A stretch of 53,780 nucleotides of DNA, taken from Chrysochromulina tobinii. Its lineage: Eukaryota. The position numbers and the translations under genes are program-made. Below are positions 21,170 to 29,819 of this stretch, piece after piece. The notes beneath the pieces are model-generated. The model did not search any database, was not told the origin of the DNA, and saw nothing but the letters and a program-made list of their open reading frames with translations. The stretch's first letter is position 1. Each line of letters begins with the position of its first letter. The DNA lies in assembly GCA_001275005.1 (NCBI GenBank), contig JWZX01003390.1:1-53780 (forward strand), read 5' to 3'.

Positions 21170-21411
21170 CGTTTGTACCGGGACCGAAGTCACCTAAAAA
21201 CCATTTACAGCTAGCTGCTCCGGTGTGTGTACATAAAAAGAGTGGTACTGAGCTACTGACGTTTACGTCAGGCTTGGTCTTCGGACCTGCCGTGCTGGTT
21301 CGTCAACTTTTCGCCGACGGCCTGACGAACCCGGTCGGCTCTCGCTTTCCTGCGAACTTTATCAAGTCCCGCTATACATTATATTTGCGGCGCCGCCGGT
21401 CTGTCACAGGG

Positions 21412-22785
21412 ATGGGCGCATGCTGCACCAAGGATCCTTGTGGTCTAGACTTCCAGCACGTGACCATGGGGGAGCTGGCCGACGAGAAGGCGCTCCAGAA
21501 GACACTCGTGGGAGGAGCCACGAGTACTCCCGGATTCAAGCAGATCAGCCCCGGTGGTCTTCGCACATGGGCAGAGCTGCAGCAGCACGTTGCGAGACAA
21601 AAGGCCGTGAAGCAGTTGTTGAACACGCCGCTTCCGAAAAATGTGAAGGGTCCACCCGATAAGGATGAGCGAATACAGCTCCGCTGTCTGGACTCGGCGC
21701 AGATAGGGCTCGTGTCCTTGCCAGGCGTGGCAGCCGGAATGCCGGGGACTCCGAAGGTCAATCAGGACTACGGCTTCGTTATGTACCCCGTCGTTCCGTG
21801 TGGTACCGACAGCACGTTCCGTGTGGGCACGTTGATCGCCGGCATCTTTGACGGCCACGGCAAAGGGGGTGAGTCGATCTCCCGCATCGCAGCTTTGAAA
21901 GTCGGGCGCTCCCTCGAGCTCTCGATGGCGGATACGCCGAGCAAGCCTCTCGGCGTGAGGATCGCTCAGCTTCGGTTCGAGAAGGCCTTTGAGTTCGCCG
22001 AGGCCTGCGTCAAGGAGCTACTGCCTGCGGACGTGTATGCATGCGCTGGGACCACCGGCACGGCGATCGTGATCCACGATGACGACGACGGCGTCCGACG
22101 GATGGCGGTCGGGCATGTGGGCGACTCGCGCCTTATCCGAGGCTCCGTCCAGCCCGACGGCACCGAGGGCTGGATTGTGACGGCGCGAACGCGGGACCAT
22201 AAGCCGAGTGACCCAGAGGAGAGGGCACGGATAGAGAAGGCGGGAGGTGTGATCTTATTGCACCCACGCGGGCTGACGGGGCAGGTAGTTGCGCGTGTGC
22301 ACCTCTCAGCGGACTCTCCGGCAGGCCTCGCGGTCGCGCGCGCCATCGGCGACGGCGAGATGAAGACCGTCGGCGTCAGCGCCGTGCCAAGTACCATGTG
22401 CATCCCGCTGCGCGAGGAAGACAAGGTGCTCGTGATTGCGAGTGATGGGCTGTGGGAACATCTCTCGGATGAGGAGGTGCTCGCGTTCTGCTACCGGTAC
22501 CGCGCCGACGCGTCGCTCGCTGCCAAGGCCCTCGTGCTCGAGGCGGCGCGCGCATGGTACGAGAAAGGCACCTACCGCGACGACATCACCGTGTGCGTCT
22601 TCTTTTTGCCATTCGAAGGCTCCCCGGCGGTGGTCGGGCTGCCGCCGCCGCCGCCCATCAGCTCGGTGCTGCCAGAACACTACGTGCAGTTTGGCATCGA
22701 GTGGCCTCAGCGCAACACGACGCGATCATCATCCAGCGACGATGCCGAGTTCCCCACGCCCCGAGCCCCCACGCCCCGAGCCTAG
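21412..22785 (+). CDS. PP2C/PPM protein phosphatase with probable N-myristoylation and palmitoylation
   Basis: MGACCTK start, NQD, IFDGHG, GTT, HVGDSR, DHKP, LAVARAIGD, ASDGLW, DDIT. Confidence 0.93.
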   Translation: MGACCTKDPCGLDFQHVTMGELADEKALQKTLVGGATSTPGFKQISPGGLRTWAELQQHVARQKAVKQLLNTPLPKNVKGPPDKDERIQLRCLDSAQIGLVSLPGVAAGMPGTPKVNQDYGFVMYPVVPCGTDSTFRVGTLIAGIFDGHGKGGESISRIAALKVGRSLELSMADTPSKPLGVRIAQLRFEKAFEFAEACVKELLPADVYACAGTTGTAIVIHDDDDGVRRMAVGHVGDSRLIRGSVQPDGTEGWIVTARTRDHKPSDPEERARIEKAGGVILLHPRGLTGQVVARVHLSADSPAGLAVARAIGDGEMKTVGVSAVPSTMCIPLREEDKVLVIASDGLWEHLSDEEVLAFCYRYRADASLAAKALVLEAARAWYEKGTYRDDITVCVFFLPFEGSPAVVGLPPPPPISSVLPEHYVQFGIEWPQRNTTRSSSSDDAEFPTPRAPTPRA

Positions 22786-23466
22786 TGAGCCGCCTCATCT
22801 CACTAGGAAGGGGGGGGGGCCTCGAGCCCGCGGTGGAGACTCTCCAGAGAGCGTAGTCTTCGGATACAACTGATCCGAACCCACTGATCCCACTGATCCA
22901 GTTCCTGATCCAACAGTTGATTCACAGTCTGCTCCTGTGTTCGACATCGTGAACGGGTCCGACCGCGCGTTGGACGCGACCTGTTGCTGTTGCTCGTTGT
23001 GGAGCCCCCTCTTGTTGATGACGTCCTTACGGTCCCACTCCTTAGTGGTGTCCGCTGCATGGTTGCAGTGGAGTCGCGTACTCGCTCTGTCCGCTGTCAA
23101 GCACGACGTGCGGACGATCACGATGCGAGGAGCGGCCCTTGTGTAGCCTGAGACTCGTTCTGAAGAGAGTGTTTGAGTAAGAATGTCGTTCGAAAGGTTG
23201 ATCGGCATCGTCCGTCCGGGCGGTCCGCGCGCGCTGTCCTGTCCGTGTCTTCGTTCGGTTGGCCGGGCTGTTCGGCTTTCGCGAGACCACTCACCGCGCT
23301 TGGCGCTAGACGTCGCTATCGAACCGTAACCGCCAATCTTCAATCTTGGTCCTATCGGCACCCGGGTAGTTAAAGAGCGAGTTCTGTTCCGTTCCAGACG
23401 CTGTCAACTAGCTGTCAACAGACAACATACATGTAGCCTAGGCTCGGCTAGACTTTTCACGCCACG

Positions 23467-25536
23467 TCATGGATCATCATCATAGTGCGAACGCGAGGAC
23501 GCTTCGTCCCCCGTCGTCTTCGGCCGTGGCGTGCGCAGCACCTCCTCTGCTGAGACCCAAATGTCGCCTACGCGCCACGCCTCTGCCCGTACGAGCGTCA
23601 CCGCATCGACCGCGTGCACCGCGAAGCCCTCTGAAGCCCCTGTGTACGCCGGCGTGGCGATGCGCGTCATTGCCACCCGGCCTCCCTGCCAGAAGCCCTC
23701 AGCGAGGCCGTGGTCGACGTAGACGCGGATGGTGAGGTTCGTGTCCGTCGGTGCGATGAGGAGGGTGTCTGTCTTGCCTCCCAGCAGCTTCGAGGGCGCG
23801 CCGAGCACGCCACTCGTCGCGCCCTCAGATCGGATCGGGGGACGCCACATCGTCTGCGCCGTGTTCGCCACGGCGCTCCTCAGCGTGCACTTGGGGCGCG
23901 CGCCGTGTTGGGCGTCGGCTGCCGAGAAAGTCCACGCAGCACACGTGGGGGCGGCGGCGACACACGCAGCCTGGCATGCGGCAGCGTCGGTTCCGTTTAC
24001 GCTCGTGTAGTCGCAGCACCAGAGCGTCGTGTTGGGCATCCACGGCTGGTATTGCGTGCTGATCGACAGGTTGACGGATCCGACGCGTATGGCATGCGGG
24101 GCGCCCAACATGGCGCCCATCCGATGAGGGAGCCGCCGCCCCAGCCTCTGCGCCGTCGGTGGCGGCACGTACTCTGCAAAGAAGAGCATGCCCGTGGTGC
24201 CGTCGCCATCTCCCATCACAGACACCCCGAAGCTCGCGGCATGCCCGGGCAGCGCGAACGACACCTCCACCTCCGCTTGGCGCCCGGCGCCGCCCGCGGC
24301 CCATGTGCCCAGCTGGTGCACACCGCCTGCGCCGAGAGGGATAGGTCCCTCATCGACGAGCTTGGGCAATTGACGAAGCCCATCCTGCTCAGCCAGAGGT
24401 GAGAAGAGCAGTTGACGCAGCACCGGATGCCACGTGACCTCTCGCGCCAGGCTGAGCACCCCCTGGAACGGCCCCGCGTAGGCGGTCCAGCCCCAAACAA
24501 TGCGTCGGCCGCGCGGCTCGGGCCCCGCCAGGTCCTTGCTCGCGTAGAACGCGCCAACGTCCGCCACCTGGCTCGCATTGCCAAAAGCCCAATCGACCGT
24601 TGGAATCCACACGCCAGGCTTGCCGGGGGGCCCATCGATGTAGACGCCTGGCCGGTACGAGTCGACCCAATCATGAGACCACTTATGCACATGGGTCGGA
24701 GAGCTGAGGGTGGCGCCGCGTGTAGATGGAGACGCGTCGTCGCCACCCAATGCACTGCCACCAGCGCCGCCGCCGCCCTCAGCCTCAATTCGGCCGGTAG
24801 AGGAGATGTTCGCACTCGGCACGGACCGGGGAAGGGGCATGAGTGAAGGGCATTCGCCAACCTCGAATCCGGGCTGCGTCCCGACGCGGTACCACTCTTT
24901 AAAGTCCGCCGTGGCGAACAGCTCGGCGTCGTACGTGGAGAGCCGCCATTCGCCGTGCGCAGTACGCCATGCCGAAGTCGGGTCACGCTGCGTATTGTTG
25001 GCGATCGGATTGAGCTCGAAGGGTTTCGTCCAATTGGTCAGAAAGGGATCGGAGCGGTTGGCTGGCAAGGCGAGAGCGAGGGTGGTCCCTGTCTCGCACT
25101 CGGGCCAGACGTCCTCGGTGCAGATGCCGGGGTACACCTGCACGATCTGGTCCAAGAAAACGGTCGCGCTTCCCGTGAAGATGGCCTGCGAGTCGTACGC
25201 TTCGTCATTCCAGAGCGCGACTGGCAGCCGTGCCCAGTGCACGAGGTCTCGAGAGCATACGTGGGCCCACACGGGGCCACCGCCTGGTGGGATGGCCAAA
25301 TGGTCCTGGAAGAAGACGTGGTACATGCCATGCACGTCGTCGTAGACCGGACCGTTGGGATCATTCATTACGCACGAGGGGTCTAAGAGGTGGAAGCGAG
25401 GAAGGTCCGGTAGCGGCCAGTCGGAGGTATACGGGACACATTGCTCGACGCCCGGCCCACATGGCGCAGTAGTGCCGTCGGGAAGCAGACACTCGTAAGT
25501 GCGCCGCATTTGACCTGTGAAATAGTCCGCAAACAT
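23467..25536 (-). CDS. Glycoside hydrolase family 32 (beta-fructofuranosidase-like) with an inserted Cys-rich PAN/Apple-like module
   Basis: MNDPNGP nucleophile motif, SRDLVHW, FTGSA, RDP, GECP, FYASK, IRVYVDHGLAEGF. Confidence 0.9.
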   Translation of the reverse strand: MFADYFTGQMRRTYECLLPDGTTAPCGPGVEQCVPYTSDWPLPDLPRFHLLDPSCVMNDPNGPVYDDVHGMYHVFFQDHLAIPPGGGPVWAHVCSRDLVHWARLPVALWNDEAYDSQAIFTGSATVFLDQIVQVYPGICTEDVWPECETGTTLALALPANRSDPFLTNWTKPFELNPIANNTQRDPTSAWRTAHGEWRLSTYDAELFATADFKEWYRVGTQPGFEVGECPSLMPLPRSVPSANISSTGRIEAEGGGGAGGSALGGDDASPSTRGATLSSPTHVHKWSHDWVDSYRPGVYIDGPPGKPGVWIPTVDWAFGNASQVADVGAFYASKDLAGPEPRGRRIVWGWTAYAGPFQGVLSLAREVTWHPVLRQLLFSPLAEQDGLRQLPKLVDEGPIPLGAGGVHQLGTWAAGGAGRQAEVEVSFALPGHAASFGVSVMGDGDGTTGMLFFAEYVPPPTAQRLGRRLPHRMGAMLGAPHAIRVGSVNLSISTQYQPWMPNTTLWCCDYTSVNGTDAAACQAACVAAAPTCAAWTFSAADAQHGARPKCTLRSAVANTAQTMWRPPIRSEGATSGVLGAPSKLLGGKTDTLLIAPTDTNLTIRVYVDHGLAEGFWQGGRVAMTRIATPAYTGASEGFAVHAVDAVTLVRAEAWRVGDIWVSAEEVLRTPRPKTTGDEASSRSHYDDDP

Positions 25537-25625
25537 GTGAATTCACACCAACACGTTCATTCACAACACACCAACACGCACACCGCAACCTCAAATACGT
25601 CGCGGAGTTTGCCACGAGGATTTCT

Positions 25626-26816
25626 ATGCTCGTTGTCCTGTTCGCGTTTGTTCTCCTGCTCGTCACGCCGACGGCAGGGCTCATCGTCGGCGTCGCACCC
25701 CATCCAGCACACGCCCGAGTTGCTGGCGTGCGGCTGCAGGGCCCTCCTCCCGGCGTGGCTGGCGGCCCTCCCGGCATGGCTGGCGGCCCTCCAGGCGTGG
25801 CCGGCGGTCCTCCCGGTATGGCTGGCGGCCCTCCCGGCACCGGAGGTCCTCCCGCTGGTGGTGGTGGTGGTGGCCCTCCACCGCGTACGCCCGCTGAGCA
25901 GCTGGTCGACAAGATCTTCGAGACCGTCTTCCCGCTGCTCTACGCATTTGAGCCTGAGGGCATGCTCGACTCCGAAAAGAACCTGCGCGTGCTGTGGGTT
26001 CGCGCGTTACTGGCCGCGGCCGGCGAGCTGGAAGATGACGTGGCCGCGGAGCTGCTGCCATCGGCGACGCGCTGGGTCGTGAGCGCGCCGCTCGCACGCA
26101 CGCTGTGGGCTCCGGTGCTGCCCAAACTTGCGTGGATCAAGCAGCGTACACAGTTCATCGACGCGGCGCTTGATGACTTTTTGGCGAAAACCGCGGCGAC
26201 GACGCCGCTCGAGCGCGTGCAAGTGGTCCTGATCGGTTCGGGCTACGACACGCGCGCCCTCCGCTACCGCGAGGCAGGCGCGCGCTTCTTTGAGGTCGAC
26301 CTGCCGTCCGTGCTTCCAATCAAGGAGGCAATGGCACGACGCTACCTGAGCAGCATGGCGAGGCGCGAAGCCGCGGCGAGCGACGAGGCGGACGGGGCCG
26401 ACGCGGCGGACGCGGCGGACGCGGCGGCGGCGACGTGCGTGGGCGGCATGGGCCGCGCTCTCGGGCTCGACCTAAATAAGGCAACCATGGCGCCGCCCGG
26501 CGTCTTTGCACAGCTAGAGGCGCTCGGCCTCGACCGCCGCCAGCCGACGCTCGTGGTGAGCGAAGCGGTCCTCTTCTACCTCTCGCCGCCGGCCAAGCGG
26601 GCGCTGCTGCAGGATGTGGGCACTGTCATGACAGCCAACGCGGCCTCGGCCCTCGTACTCACTGACAACCTAGCACCCTTCGTACGCGGCCCGATGCGCC
26701 AAGCGGCCGACGCCTTCCTCTCGCCTCTCGGGCTCACCGTCCGCGAGCACGATACGCTCTGGGGCGGAGCCATCCAGTTCATCCGCGCCGACGGCGTGGC
26801 CTCAGCATCCCCTTGA
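25626..26816 (+). CDS. SAM-dependent methyltransferase (LCM-like family) with signal peptide and GGPPG(M/V)A repeats
   Basis: RTQFID, QVVLIGSGYDTRALR, FFEVDLP, PTLVVSEAVLFYL. Confidence 0.85.
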   Translation: MLVVLFAFVLLLVTPTAGLIVGVAPHPAHARVAGVRLQGPPPGVAGGPPGMAGGPPGVAGGPPGMAGGPPGTGGPPAGGGGGGPPPRTPAEQLVDKIFETVFPLLYAFEPEGMLDSEKNLRVLWVRALLAAAGELEDDVAAELLPSATRWVVSAPLARTLWAPVLPKLAWIKQRTQFIDAALDDFLAKTAATTPLERVQVVLIGSGYDTRALRYREAGARFFEVDLPSVLPIKEAMARRYLSSMARREAAASDEADGADAADAADAAAATCVGGMGRALGLDLNKATMAPPGVFAQLEALGLDRRQPTLVVSEAVLFYLSPPAKRALLQDVGTVMTANAASALVLTDNLAPFVRGPMRQAADAFLSPLGLTVREHDTLWGGAIQFIRADGVASASP

Positions 26817-27164
26817 GATTGCGCCGAGATTGCGCCACGACAGCGCGTGGAGATTGCGCCGTCGTGTACTCAGTACTTGTGTTGGCCGAGGGGTGCGGAG
26901 CCGCCCTTTGAGACGGGGAGGGACCCTGGAGTGGTCCTGAGGTCCGCGACGAAACTGACTGAAAAAGTTGTCCCTGTTTAGATGGAACTTTTTGGGGCGC
27001 TCTCACACTCGGCGCGCGGACTCTCACGAATCCTCTTCTCCACCCTCGTGCGGAGCCGCCTTCCTGCATTCTAGACGGTCTAAAGTGCGCTGCTCCCAAG
27101 ATTTCGGCGGCGACTCGGGCGCAACCAAAGTGGACCTCAGGGTCCGTCGTTGTTGCGCGGCTCG

Positions 27165-29468
27165 ATGCCGAAAAACCGCGATGCTTCCCCTGGGCCATTG
27201 CGTCGAGAGGCGACATCCGCCAACTTCGGCGACAGTTTGGCCAAAGCAGCGGCCAGGGCCGGACACGCGACGGTGGCGTCCTTTTCGGCGGCGAAGGCGG
27301 CGGCGACGGATGCCCTGGATTTGGCTGGTTTCCCGGGGGAGCCAGATGATGGCCGTGAGGAGTGGCTCGCGCGAAAGCATAAAGAGGTGCATCGAATTCG
27401 TGCGATGATGCGGCATTCCATCGTTCCGGGAGGTAAGTTTGAGCGGCGATGGGACTTAGTGATGCTGGTGACAATGATTCTGATCGTCGTGCTCACGCCG
27501 CTCGAGATAGCCTTCCTGGATGGCATCGACACTCTCCTCTTGATAATCAACTTAACCATGGACGTCGTCCTTGCCATCAACATCGTGAGATTGTTTCGCA
27601 CCCCTTTCCGCGAGCCGGCGAGAAAAGGCGCGCGCTTGGTGTACAATCCGAAGCGCATCGCAAAACACTACCTTAGCAAACCGGGGGGGTTTGCGTTTGA
27701 CCTGATCACATCGCTCCCGACGCACTGGTTCTTCTACGAGACGCCGAAGGGGACATGGGGCTACGCCTGGCGCCTGCTCCGTTGCAATCGTATGTTGCGC
27801 GTGCTGGACATTCAAGACGTCCTATACCGGCCCTTGTCCAAGACGAAAATCGACCTCTCAGTGCTTGAGCTCGTCAAGTTGAGCATCTATACCTTTGTTA
27901 CCGCGCACTGGTTCGCCTGCTATTGGGCGTACCTCGGTCAGTGTGTCCCCATCGATCCCACCAAGGAGTGGGACACGTGGTACGTCGCAGAACGCAACAC
28001 AAGCTGGATCGAGAAGCAATTCCTCCAAGACGCGACCCCAACGCGGCTCTACATCATCTCCCTGTACGTGTCGTTCTCCCTCATCTTCGGCGGCCCGAAC
28101 GACATCAACCCGTCCACCGACAGCGAGTACATGGCTCAGGTGACCATGCTGGTCCTCGGCTGCTGTTTCTGGGCGTACGTCATCGGCGTCGGCGTGAGCA
28201 TCCTGTCGACCCTTTACCCGCACCTGTCCGAACACCGGCGCATTATCGGGATGCTAAACTATTACATTCATGACAAAAGCCTCGACGCAGACCTGGCTGC
28301 GCGGCTGCGTACCTACTTCAGCGAGACGGCCGCCACGCGCTATTTTGCCAAGAACAACGCTGAGCTCATGATGTCAATGACGAGTGGCTTGCGCGGCGAG
28401 TCATCCTTGAGATCCGCCGGGGCACTGTTCGATAACGTCTGGTACTTACGTCCGGGCAGCCGCGTGAACGCTGATCTTGAACTCGAGGTGGAATTCTTCT
28501 CGAAGCTCACGCTGGCCGCGCAGGTCATCATCTTTGTTCGCAGGGAGGCCATCTCGACTGAGAACCTGATCATCGTCGAGAAAGGCTTGATCGCGCGGGA
28601 CGGCATCGTAGGCCTCAAGGTCGTCGGCGACGACATGATTATCAACGACTCGGATCTGCGCCACTTGGGCAAGGCAAAGGCGATCACCTCTCTGGTGCAG
28701 ACGGTATGCGTCAAGAAGGACGACTTCTTCGACTTGATGCCGTTCTTTCCGCAAGCACGCAAGTGCATCCGGCGCGCCGCGGTCATGTACAAACTCCGGC
28801 GCGCGATCCTCCGCGCGGCCAGGTTTGCCCGCGACCACGCCGCATTTGACGAAGACACCAAAACGTGGATGGTAAAAGGCAGACTCGCGAGACGTGACAC
28901 TCCAGTGCCCGGTGAATCACGAACAGTGCCCGTGACAAGTCTCTGGGATGCCTTCGAGGCATGGAACGAGACACGAGGTAAGAGTGACAAGGTGCACACC
29001 TTCGAGATCAAGTCTGTCGTCGAGAAGCGCATCGACGATGTCGAGGAAAAGGTCCTCGAACTGAGCAAGAACATGAGTGCTCGCTTAGATGAGCTCCTCT
29101 CCTCCCTTAAGGAAGGGAAGAAGCTCAGGGCGAATGGCAGCACCAAGCTTTCAAGAGCCGCCGTCGCTGCCGCCGCCACCGCCGGTGACAGTGCCAAGAA
29201 GAGCGTGCCGCCGCCATTGCCCAGGGGCGGTGGATCAGCACCGCCCCCTTTGCCCCCCGGCACTCCCGGACAACCGCTGCCCGTCAGCGGTGGCCGAAGG
29301 CCCGACAACAGCTCTTCGACTCAGTCATTAGACGCCCAGGGCAGCACACCTCAAATTGCGGCCACCAGCGTCGGCGGGCTGGCCTTGGCAGAACGGCCGC
29401 GACCGCGCATGACGACCGGCGAGTCGCCCAGCTCGAGACGGGAGCGGCGCTCTGAGCTCGATGCATGA
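27165..29468 (+). CDS. Six-TM voltage-gated cation channel of the CNG/KCNH superfamily with atypical pore
   Basis: RRWDLVM (S1), IAKHYL...FAFDLITSLP (S3), RLLRCNRMLR (S4), AHWFACYW (S5), pore FGGPNDINPSTDSE, S6, C-linker (LAARLRTYF). Confidence 0.87.
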   Translation: MPKNRDASPGPLRREATSANFGDSLAKAAARAGHATVASFSAAKAAATDALDLAGFPGEPDDGREEWLARKHKEVHRIRAMMRHSIVPGGKFERRWDLVMLVTMILIVVLTPLEIAFLDGIDTLLLIINLTMDVVLAINIVRLFRTPFREPARKGARLVYNPKRIAKHYLSKPGGFAFDLITSLPTHWFFYETPKGTWGYAWRLLRCNRMLRVLDIQDVLYRPLSKTKIDLSVLELVKLSIYTFVTAHWFACYWAYLGQCVPIDPTKEWDTWYVAERNTSWIEKQFLQDATPTRLYIISLYVSFSLIFGGPNDINPSTDSEYMAQVTMLVLGCCFWAYVIGVGVSILSTLYPHLSEHRRIIGMLNYYIHDKSLDADLAARLRTYFSETAATRYFAKNNAELMMSMTSGLRGESSLRSAGALFDNVWYLRPGSRVNADLELEVEFFSKLTLAAQVIIFVRREAISTENLIIVEKGLIARDGIVGLKVVGDDMIINDSDLRHLGKAKAITSLVQTVCVKKDDFFDLMPFFPQARKCIRRAAVMYKLRRAILRAARFARDHAAFDEDTKTWMVKGRLARRDTPVPGESRTVPVTSLWDAFEAWNETRGKSDKVHTFEIKSVVEKRIDDVEEKVLELSKNMSARLDELLSSLKEGKKLRANGSTKLSRAAVAAAATAGDSAKKSVPPPLPRGGGSAPPPLPPGTPGQPLPVSGGRRPDNSSSTQSLDAQGSTPQIAATSVGGLALAERPRPRMTTGESPSSRRERRSELDA

Positions 29469-29819
29469 ACTTAACTTTGACCACCCTCCACTCGGGTGTG
29501 TTGCAACCGGGTGTGTGGCCGGGTGTGTGGCAGCCAGCCCATGGCAACCACAGTGTAGCAGCCACGCCCACCGGCCCAATCCTAAGACCAGAGTGCAGAG
29601 TCAAGAGCGCGCACCCCCTGTGGCCTCAAGATATCGACATGGATTGTATCCATCGGGTCGATCGAGGGTTGCTAAGAGCTACTACGGTGGGGGAAGATGA
29701 TAATTACACTATCGTCATCGTGTCGTTGCGGTATACTCGAAATCGAAACCATTAAGCAATTTGCTTGCGATACCGTCCGCTGAGAGACGCCTAACAATGA
29801 AAATTTCAAATGTCTGGAC

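Noticed and set aside
22795..23361. 188-aa minus-strand ORF
   Set aside because: No domain, and it runs through simple repeats. It may hide a small spliced gene but this cannot be supported.
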